Assembly (NCBI GenBank): GCA_039028615.1
Contig: JBCCHT010000026.1
Coordinates: 140,994 to 204,993, forward strand
Reading direction: 5' to 3'
Source of the DNA: Myxococcota bacterium
GTDB taxonomy: Bacteria > Myxococcota_A > Polyangia > Nannocystales > Nannocystaceae
Length of the DNA stretch: 64,000 nucleotides
Shown: positions 9,427 to 19,314 of the stretch, in pieces
How positions within the stretch are numbered: position 1 is the stretch's first letter
Layout: every line of letters begins with the position of its first letter
Notes under the pieces: generated by a model
Database searches by the model: none
What the model was told of the DNA's origin: nothing
What the model saw: the letters and a program-made list of their open reading frames with translations, nothing else
Program-made: the position numbers and the translations under genes

Positions 9427-10020
9427 ATGGAGCACCAGGGCACACCGGGCTGTCGAATCAGCGGCAAGCTGCTGATCGGCGGACGGAAGACGTACAAGGA
9501 GGAGGCGGCAGGGCGCGACCTCGCGGCGTTCGTCGACCAGCTTCCCGAGGCCCTGCGCTGGTTCTTCGAGGAACGATTTCTGCCCACGAGTTGGTACGAC
9601 GCGTCGTGCCTGGAGACGATCCAGCTCGAGTTTGCGCGGTGGCTGGACGAGGACCCGGGCCGAGTGGCGCGGCGGCTCGGAGGCAAGACGGCCTACGAGA
9701 ACGCGGGCTCGGTGGGGCGGATCTTGATGTCGCTATTCGGGTCGCCGCAACGCGTGGCGAAGTACCTGCCCGACTACTGGGGCCGGCTCTACGACAGCGG
9801 CGTGGTCGAGGCGGACTACGATCGCACCACGGGCCTGTTGTCGATCACGATCCGCGAGTGGGAGAGCCACTCTCCGCTGATGTGCCTCAACCCCTTGGGA
9901 TCGATCGAAGAGATGTCGCGACGCTTTCGGGAGCCTCGCTTCATCGATGGCCGGAGGGTAGCGTGCGTGGCCACGGGCGCCTCTGCGTGCCGCTACGAGC
10001 TGCGCTACGCGTCGCTCTGA
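9427..10020 (+). CDS. Myxobacterial hypothetical protein with V4R/HNOB-like C-terminus
   Basis: FLPTSWYD motif and terminal CVATGASACRYELRY. Confidence 0.6.
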   Translation: MEHQGTPGCRISGKLLIGGRKTYKEEAAGRDLAAFVDQLPEALRWFFEERFLPTSWYDASCLETIQLEFARWLDEDPGRVARRLGGKTAYENAGSVGRILMSLFGSPQRVAKYLPDYWGRLYDSGVVEADYDRTTGLLSITIREWESHSPLMCLNPLGSIEEMSRRFREPRFIDGRRVACVATGASACRYELRYASL

Positions 10021-10039
10021 GCTCGCGCCCGGGTGGGGG

Positions 10040-11179
10040 CTAAGGGTCGTTCACCCAGATCTCGACGACCCAGGAGGGCAGGAGATCGCTGACGTAGGTG
10101 TCACTCCCTCGCACGAGGAGTAGGTCATCCGCGCCGTCGCCGTTGACGTCGCTGGTGAGGACGTCGACCGAGTCGAGGTCCCAGGGCGAACCGATGAACT
10201 CGGCATTGCCCGGGTTGGCATCGAAGAGCGAGTGGCCCCACTGCACGGACGAGCCCTCGTCGGAGACGAACAGCAAATCATCGCGGCCATCGGCGTCGAG
10301 ATCGGCCACGTGGGCCCTGGACCAGTTGCCATCGGCATCGAAGGTGAGGGTGGCATCTGCACCGTGACCCGTGCGGATCTGGAGTTCGAGCTGATCACCC
10401 TCCCGGCGCTGCGTGGCGAGGTCATGGAACCCGTCGCCATCGAAGTCGCCGACCCACATCGTGGTGGGCTCTGGCTCGGTGAGGGCGAAGGGGTCCTGCC
10501 ACGGGGCGGAGTACTTCAGGACCTCGCCGCTCTCGGCGGCCCACAGCAGCTCGTCACGGCCGTCGCAGTCGAGGTCGGCCTTGAGAACCTGGGCGCTGCC
10601 GTTGGGGCTGAAGGTCCAGGGCATGTAGCGCTCGGTGGGGATTCCCGCTGGATCGATCACCACCACGACTTCGTCCAGCCCCTGGACGGCGAACCCGGGC
10701 TCACCGTCGTCGCCGAAGCGCCCAGTTTCGAAGTAGGGGCGATGCCCGAGCGGGGTGATGTCGGACAGCTCGTGGCACCACGTGGCCGTGAACCCGCCCC
10801 CGCGATCGACCTCGAATGCACAGACCTGCTGGCGATTGTCGGCGTGACCCCAGAGCAAGACCTCGGGGAGAAAGCCGCTGCGGTCGATGGTGGCCGCGTA
10901 GGGAACCTGGTCGATGGCCATGCTCGTCGCGGCGGGGGCGAAGGTCCCGTCCGCCTGCCCCAGCTGGATCCCGACACGGGGCGGATCTTGGGAGACGAGG
11001 GTCAGGGCGTCGGCCCGGCCATCACCGTTGGCATCGCCGATTGCGAGCAGGATGTCGGAACCGGCCTCTCGTGCCTCGAGGCAGAGCTGACCGGGAACGG
11101 AGAGACCATCACCGCAGACGTCGGATTCGCTGCCGCACGCGGCCAGAGGCATTGCCAGCAGTACGAGAAAACGACGCAT
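10040..11179 (-). CDS. FG-GAP/VCBS repeat lipoprotein
   Basis: Lipobox LAAC; repeats GDANGDGRAD, ADLDCDGRDEL, GDFDGDGFHDL, DVNGDGADDL. Confidence 0.8.
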   Translation of the reverse strand: MRRFLVLLAMPLAACGSESDVCGDGLSVPGQLCLEAREAGSDILLAIGDANGDGRADALTLVSQDPPRVGIQLGQADGTFAPAATSMAIDQVPYAATIDRSGFLPEVLLWGHADNRQQVCAFEVDRGGGFTATWCHELSDITPLGHRPYFETGRFGDDGEPGFAVQGLDEVVVVIDPAGIPTERYMPWTFSPNGSAQVLKADLDCDGRDELLWAAESGEVLKYSAPWQDPFALTEPEPTTMWVGDFDGDGFHDLATQRREGDQLELQIRTGHGADATLTFDADGNWSRAHVADLDADGRDDLLFVSDEGSSVQWGHSLFDANPGNAEFIGSPWDLDSVDVLTSDVNGDGADDLLLVRGSDTYVSDLLPSWVVEIWVNDP

Positions 11180-11279
11180 GCTTGACTCTAGCGCGGGGGT
11201 CGGGGGCCGCAAGCAGCTTGGGATGCGTTCGCGGCATTCCCCTCGAAGGAAGGAAACGCCGCGAACGGTGGCTCGTCCC

Positions 11280-11798
11280 TCACGCGGAAGCGGGCACGAG
11301 GCCCAAGGGGCCCAAGAAGTCCGCCTTACCCAGCGGAATACCCAGTTGGCGCATGATTCCGTAGGCGGTGGTCAGGTGGAAGTAGACGTTGGGAATCGAG
11401 AAGTCCTTGGCGAGGTCGTCGGTTCGGATCTCCATACCCTTGATGGCGGGGATGGTGACCATGCGCTCCGCGGCTCCCTCGGCCTTCTCGGCGGTGACCG
11501 ACTCGAGGAAGGCCCGGGTCTTGGCCACTTTGTTCCGCAGGTCGTCGAGGGTCTGCTCGTCGTCGAGGATCTCCGGGCGAGCGACGCCCCCGATGCGATC
11601 GGCGAGCAGCGTGGCGTTGTTGCAGGCGAACTGAACCTGGCCGCGGAGGGTGTACATGTTGGGGTACAGCCGCTGCTCGAGCAGGACGTCGAGCGGGATC
11701 TCGTTGTCGCTGCAGAAGGCCTCGGCCTTGTTCAGCCACCCCTCGAGGTTGGTGAACATCTTGAGCAACTGGGGAATGGTCTGGTGAAAGAGGGCCAT
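11280..11798 (-). CDS. DUF1993 family (DinB-like) protein
   Basis: LLEQRLYPNMYTLRGQVQFAC...SIPNVYFHLTTAYGIMRQLGIPLGKADFLG. True start is ATG 11798, not 12485. Confidence 0.85.
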   Translation of the reverse strand: MALFHQTIPQLLKMFTNLEGWLNKAEAFCSDNEIPLDVLLEQRLYPNMYTLRGQVQFACNNATLLADRIGGVARPEILDDEQTLDDLRNKVAKTRAFLESVTAEKAEGAAERMVTIPAIKGMEIRTDDLAKDFSIPNVYFHLTTAYGIMRQLGIPLGKADFLGPLGLVPASA

Positions 11799-11826
11799 GG
11801 TGTTTGCTCCGATCTGGGTTCGGGGT

Positions 11827-12177
11827 CTAGTCGACGCGCTCGACTCGGAAGCCGCGGTTGGTGTCGAAGCCGACGTGGTCTCGAATGGCCTCGACGGCGG
11901 GGTTCGGGTTTCGATAGCTCCACACCGCGTTCTCGGCGTCGCGGAAGCTGGAGTAGGTGGCCTGGCCCTTGAGGGGGCAGGTCGACTCTTGGTCTGTGGT
12001 CTGCAGCACCAGGCCGCGGGTGGCCTCGGGCGCGAAGTAAGGAACGGCCGGGAAGGTCCGGTCTTTGAAGTGCTCTTCGAGCTCGAGGACCTGGTCGGTC
12101 TCGAGGAGGAGCTCGTCGCCGAAGAACACTCGGTAGGGCCGGGTCGCGGCACGGATGGTTGCGAAATGGTCAGGCAT
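11827..12177 (-). CDS. DUF427 family protein
   Basis: STCPLKGQATY...AVWSYRNP...IRDHVGF signature. Confidence 0.85.
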   Translation of the reverse strand: MPDHFATIRAATRPYRVFFGDELLLETDQVLELEEHFKDRTFPAVPYFAPEATRGLVLQTTDQESTCPLKGQATYSSFRDAENAVWSYRNPNPAVEAIRDHVGFDTNRGFRVERVD

Positions 12178-12359
12178 GGGTCTTGGCTCCGGACAATGAG
12201 AGGCGGTCGTCCCGCGGCGGTCGCCTGGGAAGCACTCCTCAGGGGCCGCAAGGGTCCAAAATCCGCCGTTTCGAGGTCGTTGGCCGCCGTTTGGCGGGCT
12301 CGATGAGGACTATATGGGCTGGTCCGTACCGCGTCATCGCGCAATACTTGGCGGCCTCG

Positions 12360-12373
12360 GTGCATCGATGCAC
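12360..12373. promoter_or_regulatory. Perfect 14-bp palindrome GTGCATCGATGCAC upstream of the LysR gene
   Basis: Seen directly, 25 bp before the LysR ATG in a divergent promoter region; candidate LysR box. Confidence 0.4.
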
Positions 12374-12398
12374 ACCGGGGCAAACGCGGGGGCAGAGC

Positions 12399-13274
12399 AT
12401 GAATTGGGACGATCTGCGCTTCTTCCTCGCGGTATGCCGCCATGGTTCCGTGACCGGCGCGGGCAAGCAGCTCGGCGTCACCCACACCACGGTGGCTCGG
12501 CGCATTGCGGCGTTCGAGGAATCGGTGGGCACACGCCTATTCGACCGCACGCGTGACGGCTACGGGATGACGCAGTCGGCCGAGGACATCTACCACCGGG
12601 CCGAGGCGGTGGAGGTCAGCTTGATCGACATCGAGCGCAGTGTGTTCGGGCGGGATGCCGAGCTGAAGGGTCCGCTCAAGCTCACCGCGCCCGATCACCT
12701 CACCGACGTGGTGATTGCACCCCACATGTCGAAGCTCCGTCAGATGCATCCCGGCATCGAGCTGGAGTTGTTGTCGACGACCGCGGTGCTGGACCTCGAT
12801 GCCCGGCAAGCCGACCTCGCGCTGCGAATTACGCGGGCCCCTCCCGACTACCTCATCGGACGCAAGATCGTGCCGGTGGAGCTGGGTGCGTACGCGAGCG
12901 CCTCGTACATCGAGGAGCACGAGGGCAGCCCCGAGTTCATCTTGTATCGAGCAGACACGGAATCGAAGTGGATGCAGCTGTTCCCCCCAGGTGAGGTCGC
13001 CCTGCGGGTGGAAGGGGTGAGCACCGTTTATGCGGCGGTCAAGAACGGAGTGGGGATCGGCTGGCTCCCGTGTTTCTTCGCCGACGTCGATCCAGAGCTT
13101 CGGCGAATCGAAACTCCAACGAGCCCGACCGAGTGGGGGCTGTGGATCCTCAACCACGTCGACTTGAGGGGCACCGCCCGCGTCCGAGCGGTCCGCGAGT
13201 TCCTCGTCGAGACCATCGAGGGGCAGCGCGACCTGATCATGGGGAAACACTCGCGCCTGGCCAAACTCCGCTGA
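12399..13274 (+). CDS. LysR family transcriptional regulator
   Basis: MNWDDLRFFLAVCRHGSVTGAGKQLGVTHTTVARRI HTH followed by a substrate-binding domain. Confidence 0.95.
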   Translation: MNWDDLRFFLAVCRHGSVTGAGKQLGVTHTTVARRIAAFEESVGTRLFDRTRDGYGMTQSAEDIYHRAEAVEVSLIDIERSVFGRDAELKGPLKLTAPDHLTDVVIAPHMSKLRQMHPGIELELLSTTAVLDLDARQADLALRITRAPPDYLIGRKIVPVELGAYASASYIEEHEGSPEFILYRADTESKWMQLFPPGEVALRVEGVSTVYAAVKNGVGIGWLPCFFADVDPELRRIETPTSPTEWGLWILNHVDLRGTARVRAVREFLVETIEGQRDLIMGKHSRLAKLR

Positions 13275-13283
13275 GTGAACGGG

Positions 13284-14267
13284 ATGAGCAAGGAGGTCGA
13301 GCGTGTGTTCGTGACGGGGGCGACCGGACTGGTCGGGCGCGCGGTGGTGAGCAGACTGCGGGAGCGGGATGGTGCCGTGACGGCCTCGGCTCGTGCCGTT
13401 CCCGATGACGCTGGAGCCGACGACCTCGTGCGGTGGGTCGCGGGTGATCTGCGGGAGCTGTCGGGCTGGCAGGAGCAGCTCACCGGGCACGAGACGCTGG
13501 TGCACTGCGGTGCGCTCGTTGGACCGGGGCACTCCGCAGCCGACTCCATGCGAGTCAACGGCCAGGGCACGCGCGAACTCCTCGAAGCGGCGAGCCGAGC
13601 CGGTGTCGAGCACTTCGTGCACATCAGCAGCACGGGGGTGTACGGCTACGAGCAGGGTCGCTACGGAGAGGACGACCCGCTCACCATCGATGTTCGCGAG
13701 CCCTACGTCGCCTCGAAGGTCGAGGCCGAGCGCGCCTGTCAGTGGGCGCGGACCGAGACGAGCATGAGCATCACCGTCTTGCGTCCGAGCATGATCTACG
13801 GCGCGAGCCCCCGCGGCTTCTTGCCGATGTTCGCGAGCGCGATCGGCGAGGGCAAGTTCAAGATCCTGGGCGATGGTGGAGCCCGCATGCCCGTGGTCAG
13901 TGTCGACGACGTGGCCGCAGCGGTGGTGCAGGTCGTGAGCACGCCCGAGGCGCGAGGCCAGACCTACAACATCGACGCCGAAGGCGAGGCCACGTGGCGG
14001 GAGGTCGTCGAGCTCATCGCCAGCCAGGTGGGCGCGGCGCCTCCGAAGTCGATCCCGCGCTGGGTCGCGGCGAGCGTCGCCCGCGTCGCGCAGTGGATCA
14101 GCGCGTTGCCCGGTGTGCCGCCGTCACCCCTGCATCCCGTCTTGGTCGAGATGATGACCCGCAGCTATCGCTATGACATCTCGCGGGCCAAGCAGACGCT
14201 GGGGCTCGAGCCCACGCCGTGGGCCGAAGGCATCACGGCGGCGCTGTCCGAGATCGCATCCCGTTGA
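13284..14267 (+). CDS. NAD-dependent epimerase/dehydratase (extended SDR)
   Basis: VTGATGLVG, HISS, YVASK, LRPSMIYG. Confidence 0.9.
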   Translation: MSKEVERVFVTGATGLVGRAVVSRLRERDGAVTASARAVPDDAGADDLVRWVAGDLRELSGWQEQLTGHETLVHCGALVGPGHSAADSMRVNGQGTRELLEAASRAGVEHFVHISSTGVYGYEQGRYGEDDPLTIDVREPYVASKVEAERACQWARTETSMSITVLRPSMIYGASPRGFLPMFASAIGEGKFKILGDGGARMPVVSVDDVAAAVVQVVSTPEARGQTYNIDAEGEATWREVVELIASQVGAAPPKSIPRWVAASVARVAQWISALPGVPPSPLHPVLVEMMTRSYRYDISRAKQTLGLEPTPWAEGITAALSEIASR

Positions 14268-14337
14268 TGCGGGGTTGAATCCTCCGGCGTGCCCTCGGCC
14301 CAGGGGGCAGGGACCGAGGGCACGCGATGGAGGAACT

Positions 14338-16194
14338 CTATCGCTCGACCGGGACGAGGCCGAGCTCGTAGAACGACACGGTACCGCTGACCTCGTTGGT
14401 CACGACGACCAGTGGGGTGCCCGTGGGGCTGTCTTCTTCGCCGATGAAGACGAGGCCTTCGGGTGCGAGGTCGTCGGCAGTGCCCGCCTCGGCGTCGCCC
14501 ATGAAGTCGCGCCGGTTGATGTACATGAGCCACTCGGGGGCGCTGGGGTCCGCGAGATCCCAGACCATGAAGCCGCCGACGCGCTCGAGGCCGACGAAGA
14601 CGTAGGCGTGGCCGAAGGCCTCGCCGACCACCAGACCCTCGGGCTCGGGGCCCTTGGCGTCGCTGCGCGAGTCGAAGGAGCCGTTCTCGTCGTTCGTCGA
14701 GTTGAAGTCGTCGGGGAAGGCGACCGCGACGGCCTGCTCGATGGCGTCGCCGCTGTCCCACACGACGTTGCCTGTGGCGTCGAACACGGTGATCGAGCGC
14801 GAGCCGTACGAGAATAGCTGCTCGTACTCACCGTTACCGTCCGCGTCGCCGTTGACGGTGGTGACCTCCAGGCGGCCGAGCGCTTCCTCGAGCTGGAGGT
14901 CGGCCGCGTTGGGGAACGCGGTGGGATCGAGGGTGAGGTCTTCGACGCGAACCTCCTCTTCGAAGCCGTCGTAGTCGCGCGCGTCCCCTTCGTTGGCGGT
15001 GATCAGGTAGGTCGCGCCCGCGGCCTCGAACGAGGCGATTGCGTCCGGCTGCCGCATGCCCCACACGGGCACGGGGCCGATGTTGATGGCGTCGTCGCGA
15101 TCGCTGGGATCGATGCCGGTCACGCTGTGGTCGACGAAGCCGAGGCCCACGACCTGCGTGACCAGGCCGCCGTTGAGGTCGACCACGGCCATCGCGTTGT
15201 TCTCCTGGAGGGTCACCCAGGCAGTATTGGAGTCGGCAGACACCGCCACGTACTCCGGCTCGAGGTCCTGCGCGATGCTCGAGCCCGGGCCGAAGATCCG
15301 GGTGGAGCCGTCGATGTGGGCGGGGGTCAGGGCCTGGAAACCTGCGGTGAGGACATCACCGTCGTCGAGGTTGTCCGCGCCACGGGCCAGATCGATGATG
15401 CTCACCGATCCCTCGGGGTCGACTTGGCCGGGCTCGTAGCCCTCGGGCTCGCCTTCGTTGGCCACCACGACCGCGCTACCGTCAGGGGTGAAGGTGACCA
15501 TGTCCGGGAGCACGCCGACCGTGATCGACGACAGCTCCGTGCCGTCGGAGTCGAAGAACACGACCTCGCCGGGCGCGAAGTCATCCACGTTGGGGAAGCT
15601 GGCCGCGACCACCCCATCGTGCACGGTCACCGAGGTGGGGCCAGCCAGATCGGGGTTGGACGGGGTCAGGGCCTGCACGAAGGCCGGCATCGTGGGATCG
15701 GAAACGTCGAGGATGTCGATCACCTGGTCGTTGCCGTTGGTCACGAACAGCGACTGGCTGATCGGATCGAACGCCGCGATCTCGGCCGCGCCTTCGTCGT
15801 AGATCTCGGCCAGGGGCTCGGGGGCGTAGCGACCGATGCGGTTGATCTCCAGCTCCATCGGCGGCTCTTCGCCCGTGCTGTCGGTGCTGTCGGTGCCTTC
15901 TGTGTCCCCGGTCTCACCCCCGGTGGTGCCTCCGGCCGTGCCACCCGTGGTGAAGCCCGTCGCTCCACCCGTGCTCGAGTCGCCCCCAGGCTCCCCCGAA
16001 GTGTTCTCTGCGTCGTCTCGGGTCGTGGCGGGAGGGGGAGCGTCGCCCGTCGTCGTGGCGAGGCCGGAGGTCGTGCCCCCGCCGATGCCCGAGCTCCCGT
16101 CGCCCGACGCGGTGGTGTCGTCCGCACAGGCCAGGGCGAGGCAGGCCAACGCGGCGAGCGTGGCGCGGGACGTGAAATTGATGCCGACAGTCAT
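14338..16194 (-). CDS. Choice-of-anchor I family lipoprotein (alkaline-phosphatase-associated beta-propeller)
   Basis: Lipobox LALAC; GVLPDMVTFTPDG, ANEGEP, DLEPEY, ANEGDARDY, RSDAKGPEPE, GLER, NEVSG. Confidence 0.85.
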   Translation of the reverse strand: MTVGINFTSRATLAALACLALACADDTTASGDGSSGIGGGTTSGLATTTGDAPPPATTRDDAENTSGEPGGDSSTGGATGFTTGGTAGGTTGGETGDTEGTDSTDSTGEEPPMELEINRIGRYAPEPLAEIYDEGAAEIAAFDPISQSLFVTNGNDQVIDILDVSDPTMPAFVQALTPSNPDLAGPTSVTVHDGVVAASFPNVDDFAPGEVVFFDSDGTELSSITVGVLPDMVTFTPDGSAVVVANEGEPEGYEPGQVDPEGSVSIIDLARGADNLDDGDVLTAGFQALTPAHIDGSTRIFGPGSSIAQDLEPEYVAVSADSNTAWVTLQENNAMAVVDLNGGLVTQVVGLGFVDHSVTGIDPSDRDDAINIGPVPVWGMRQPDAIASFEAAGATYLITANEGDARDYDGFEEEVRVEDLTLDPTAFPNAADLQLEEALGRLEVTTVNGDADGNGEYEQLFSYGSRSITVFDATGNVVWDSGDAIEQAVAVAFPDDFNSTNDENGSFDSRSDAKGPEPEGLVVGEAFGHAYVFVGLERVGGFMVWDLADPSAPEWLMYINRRDFMGDAEAGTADDLAPEGLVFIGEEDSPTGTPLVVVTNEVSGTVSFYELGLVPVER

Positions 16195-16226
16195 GAGTCT
16201 CTCGACGTGGAGTACAAACCCGCACT

Positions 16227-16274
16227 GTCACACCGGGGTCCCGTCGACCTCACAAGGGGTCTCGCAGGCGTCAC
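16227..16274. promoter_or_regulatory. Pho-box-like GTCAC direct repeats with about 11-bp period
   Basis: GTCAC 16227, GTCCC 16238, CTCAC 16249, GTCTC 16259, GTCAC 16270. Confidence 0.45.
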
Positions 16275-16298
16275 ATCTACGTCGGTATAACGACCTCC

Positions 16299-17138
16299 AT
16301 GTCGGATTCCTCTGCGCTGCAGGCTCTGGAGACCCGGGGGTTCGTCGTGCTCGAGGGGCTCCTCGATGCGCCGCAGCTGTCGCGGGCGCGCGAGCAGCTC
16401 GAGCCGCTGCTCGAGGTGGGCCCCGCGGGGCGCAATCACTTCGAGGGCACCAAGACCCAGCGGGTCTACTCGGTGGTGGCGTATGACGAGATCTTCGGGG
16501 AGATGGTCCTGCACCCACGGGTGCTCGCGATCGTCGACGCGCTGCTGGAGCCCAACTATCTGCTGACGGCGAGCCAGGCCATCGTGATTCACCCGGGCGA
16601 GACGCCGCAGCCCGTGCACTACGACGATGGGTTCTACGGTCTGGCCCGTCCGCGGCCGCCGGTCAGCATCTCGACCATCTGGGCGCTCGACGACTTCACG
16701 GCTGCGAACGGGGGCACGGAGATCATTGCCGGGAGCCACCGCTGGGACGATGCACAGACCGAGGCGGCGAAGCTCGTCGATCTGCACAACGACCCGGGGG
16801 CGAGGGGGGCACGGATCGACGCCGAGCTCGGGCCGCTCGAGATGAAGGCGGGGTCCTGTGTGGTCTTCGCCGGGACGATGTTGCATCGCGGCGGGGCGAA
16901 CCGATCGCAGATGCGTCGTCGGGCGGTGAGCCACCAGTACTGTCAGCCGTGGGCGCGGCAGCAGGAGAACTTCATGCTCTCCATTCCCCGAGCGCGAGCG
17001 GCCGCGATGCCGCCTCGCCTGCAGGGGATGTTGGGCTACTCCATTCACCCGCCCTTCATGGGTCACGTGGCGGGGCGCACCCCGACCAAGCTCCTCGATC
17101 CGCAGTGGCGTAATCCGCTGGAGACCGACAATTCCTGA
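16299..17138 (+). CDS. Phytanoyl-CoA dioxygenase (PhyH) family Fe(II)/2OG dioxygenase
   Basis: QPVHYDD, WALDDFTAANGGT...GSHRW, LHRGGAN...RR. Confidence 0.9.
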   Translation: MSDSSALQALETRGFVVLEGLLDAPQLSRAREQLEPLLEVGPAGRNHFEGTKTQRVYSVVAYDEIFGEMVLHPRVLAIVDALLEPNYLLTASQAIVIHPGETPQPVHYDDGFYGLARPRPPVSISTIWALDDFTAANGGTEIIAGSHRWDDAQTEAAKLVDLHNDPGARGARIDAELGPLEMKAGSCVVFAGTMLHRGGANRSQMRRRAVSHQYCQPWARQQENFMLSIPRARAAAMPPRLQGMLGYSIHPPFMGHVAGRTPTKLLDPQWRNPLETDNS

Positions 17139-17140
17139 GC

Positions 17141-17836
17141 TCAGTCGAAGGTGCGCTGGATCGACTCTCGAAGTACGCTCGATGCATCGGCGGGGAGCAG
17201 GCCCCCGTGGCCGCCGATGAGCTTGTCGAAGGGAAGGCTGGCCAATCGCTCGAAATCTGGGCGTAGCGTGCCACCCGGTGGGGTCTGGAGCTTGCGCCAC
17301 GGAGGCCCGATCTGCGCTGGATTTCGGAAGCCCAGCATCGCGGTGATGATCTTGGCTCCGGTGGACATCAATGGATGCGGAGCCCAGTGCTGCACCGCGT
17401 CGCAGGTCACGACCAGCCCGCCGTCGCGATCGACGTGCAGCGCGGTCTCGGGGATTTTCACGTCGCGGAAGCGGAAGACCCTCACCCCCGGGAGCGGAAG
17501 CTCAGTTGCCTCGGTCAGCTCGGCGACCCCGTCCTCGGCATTGGCAGACCAGCGCTTGGCCCCGTAGCGATCGACGTAGTACGCGTCGTCCATGCCGTGG
17601 CCGCCGATCTTCATGACGTGCGCCACTCGGCCCAGCGTATCGAGGGCGCGCTCGCCTTCTTCGTTCAATCGCACCGCATTGACGAGGGTCAGCTCGCCTT
17701 CGTGGCGAAGCACCACCATGTTGCGAATCAACCGCACCAGGGGCTTGAGCATGACGGTCCCGGTCACGAACCAGGCGTCGTCGAAGATCGGTTGGAGTTC
17801 GCCGTGAGGCGTGGCCGCGGGAAATTGAGTCGACAT
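17141..17836 (-). CDS. Metallo-beta-lactamase-fold-like hypothetical protein (DUF4336-like)
   Basis: RNMVVLR...LTLVN, HGMDD, TCD, LIGGHG. Confidence 0.6.
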   Translation of the reverse strand: MSTQFPAATPHGELQPIFDDAWFVTGTVMLKPLVRLIRNMVVLRHEGELTLVNAVRLNEEGERALDTLGRVAHVMKIGGHGMDDAYYVDRYGAKRWSANAEDGVAELTEATELPLPGVRVFRFRDVKIPETALHVDRDGGLVVTCDAVQHWAPHPLMSTGAKIITAMLGFRNPAQIGPPWRKLQTPPGGTLRPDFERLASLPFDKLIGGHGGLLPADASSVLRESIQRTFD

Positions 17837-17954
17837 TGGTGGTGTGCCTCGAATTCAGGACGCTCGGGATGAGCGTGTTTTGCGCGTGTTCGTAGACGAC
17901 GACGCCGTGGCCGGAGACCAAAGTTCTCGTGATTGTTTGAGAATTTGTGTTTCC

Positions 17955-18022
17955 GGAAATGCTTGTTTCCTATTATAGGGATCGATTTACGGAATGCAAC
18001 ATTTCTGGAATGGAAAGTTTCT
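17955..18022. promoter_or_regulatory. Three GGAA(A)TG-N-TTTC boxes, likely TetR operators
   Basis: GGAAATGCTTGTTTCC 17955-17970, GGAATGCAACATTTCT 17991-18006 and GGAATGGAAAGTTTCT 18007-18022, in an AT-rich divergent promoter. Confidence 0.55.
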
Positions 18023-18040
18023 GCTATTAAGTGAGTCGAG

Positions 18041-18637
18041 ATGGCGAACGCGAACCGGCGTCCGGCGAAGGCTCGCGGGCGCAAACGAGATGCCGATCGC
18101 ACGGACGCCATCCTGGCCGCCGCCGGAGAGCTGCTCCTCGAGGTGGGGTTCGATCGGCTCCGGGTGCAAGACGTCGCGGCGCGAGCCGGGGCGGGCACGG
18201 GCGCCATCTATCGGCGGTGGCCCAAGAAGGAAGCGCTGCTGGCCGAGGCGATCCGGGCGATGCCCGATGTCGATGCGGCGGTGACCGACGACCCGGTCGC
18301 CGACCTGCGGACCCTGATCGCCGACAAGTGCCGGGCGACCACGGAAAAGCCCGACCTCGTGCCTGGTCTGATCTCGGCGATGCGTGCCGACCCGGGCATC
18401 GAGCGTGCGGTGAAGGACGGCATCAACCTCGACTACCTGCGCGATGCGGTCGCTCGTATCGTCGGTCCGGACCACCCGCACCTCACGCTGCTGACCGATC
18501 TCGTCCCCGCGGTGTTGCTACAGCGGGCCGCGTTCACCCCCGAGGTCCTCGATGCCGACGCGATGACGGACGAACTCCTCTCGTTCATCCAGGCCGTGGG
18601 CGAGCAGCTTCAGTCGATCACTTCGAAGAGCAAGTAG
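18041..18637 (+). CDS. TetR/AcrR family regulator
   Basis: ILAAAGELLLEVGFDRLRVQDVAARAGAGTGAIYRRWPKKEALL. Confidence 0.95.
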   Translation: MANANRRPAKARGRKRDADRTDAILAAAGELLLEVGFDRLRVQDVAARAGAGTGAIYRRWPKKEALLAEAIRAMPDVDAAVTDDPVADLRTLIADKCRATTEKPDLVPGLISAMRADPGIERAVKDGINLDYLRDAVARIVGPDHPHLTLLTDLVPAVLLQRAAFTPEVLDADAMTDELLSFIQAVGEQLQSITSKSK

Positions 18638-19260
18638 AGCCCCGCGAGCGCCCCCAAGATGGCGGCCAGGCACAGGGCTCGGTAGGCGGCGGAGCCACGA
18701 CCCTCGAGCCAGCGCTGGAACGTGCGGCTGAGGGTGGGGACGAGCAGCCAGCCGGTCATCGCCACGGTGATGGCGTTGCCGATGAGCACCGCGCTGGGCT
18801 TGGACAGGGGCTCGAGTAGGGGCGACGCGACGAGCTGGAGCAGCATCACCGAGGGGTACAGCGCCAGCAAGACCAGCAGGTTGATCTTCCAGACGGGGGG
18901 CTTGGTCGTCAGCCGCGAGGAGAGCCACTGCTCGAACGCGGGTTTTTGCATCGAGCCGCGGTAGCTGTAGCCCTGCTTCTCCGCCGTCACGAGCAGCTGG
19001 CGTCGGGTGTCGCTGTCGAGCCACTTCAGGCAGCTGCTCAACGAGTCGAATTGCAGCTGGGTCGTGTAGGCCACGCCTGCGCTGGTGGGGGTGCTCGATG
19101 TGTCCTGGCCCAGAAATCCGGGGAAGCCCTGGGCGGCCTCTTCGAAGCGGCGCTGGATCTCGGCGAAGGCCGCGGCCTGCTTGGACGTGCCCTCGTAGTG
19201 GATGGTGTAGACGAAGGCGCCCCGCTTCGGTTGCGTGGAGCTGTGGTCGGGCGTGGTCAT
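18610..19260 (-). CDS. Antibiotic biosynthesis monooxygenase-like domain plus two transmembrane helices
   Basis: GFPGFLG...QFDS...WLDSDTR; PPVWK...LLALYP...TGWLLVP..W. Confidence 0.75.
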   Translation of the reverse strand: MTTPDHSSTQPKRGAFVYTIHYEGTSKQAAAFAEIQRRFEEAAQGFPGFLGQDTSSTPTSAGVAYTTQLQFDSLSSCLKWLDSDTRRQLLVTAEKQGYSYRGSMQKPAFEQWLSSRLTTKPPVWKINLLVLLALYPSVMLLQLVASPLLEPLSKPSAVLIGNAITVAMTGWLLVPTLSRTFQRWLEGRGSAAYRALCLAAILGALAGLYLLFEVID

Positions 19261-19314
19261 CGGCGCGCGCGAGGGGTGACCGTACCCGCAGCGAGGCGGC
19301 GAGACCAAGCCGAA

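Noticed and set aside
11799..12485. Apparent long N-terminal fusion to DUF1993
   Set aside because: It overlaps the DUF427 gene in another frame; DUF1993 starts at 11798.
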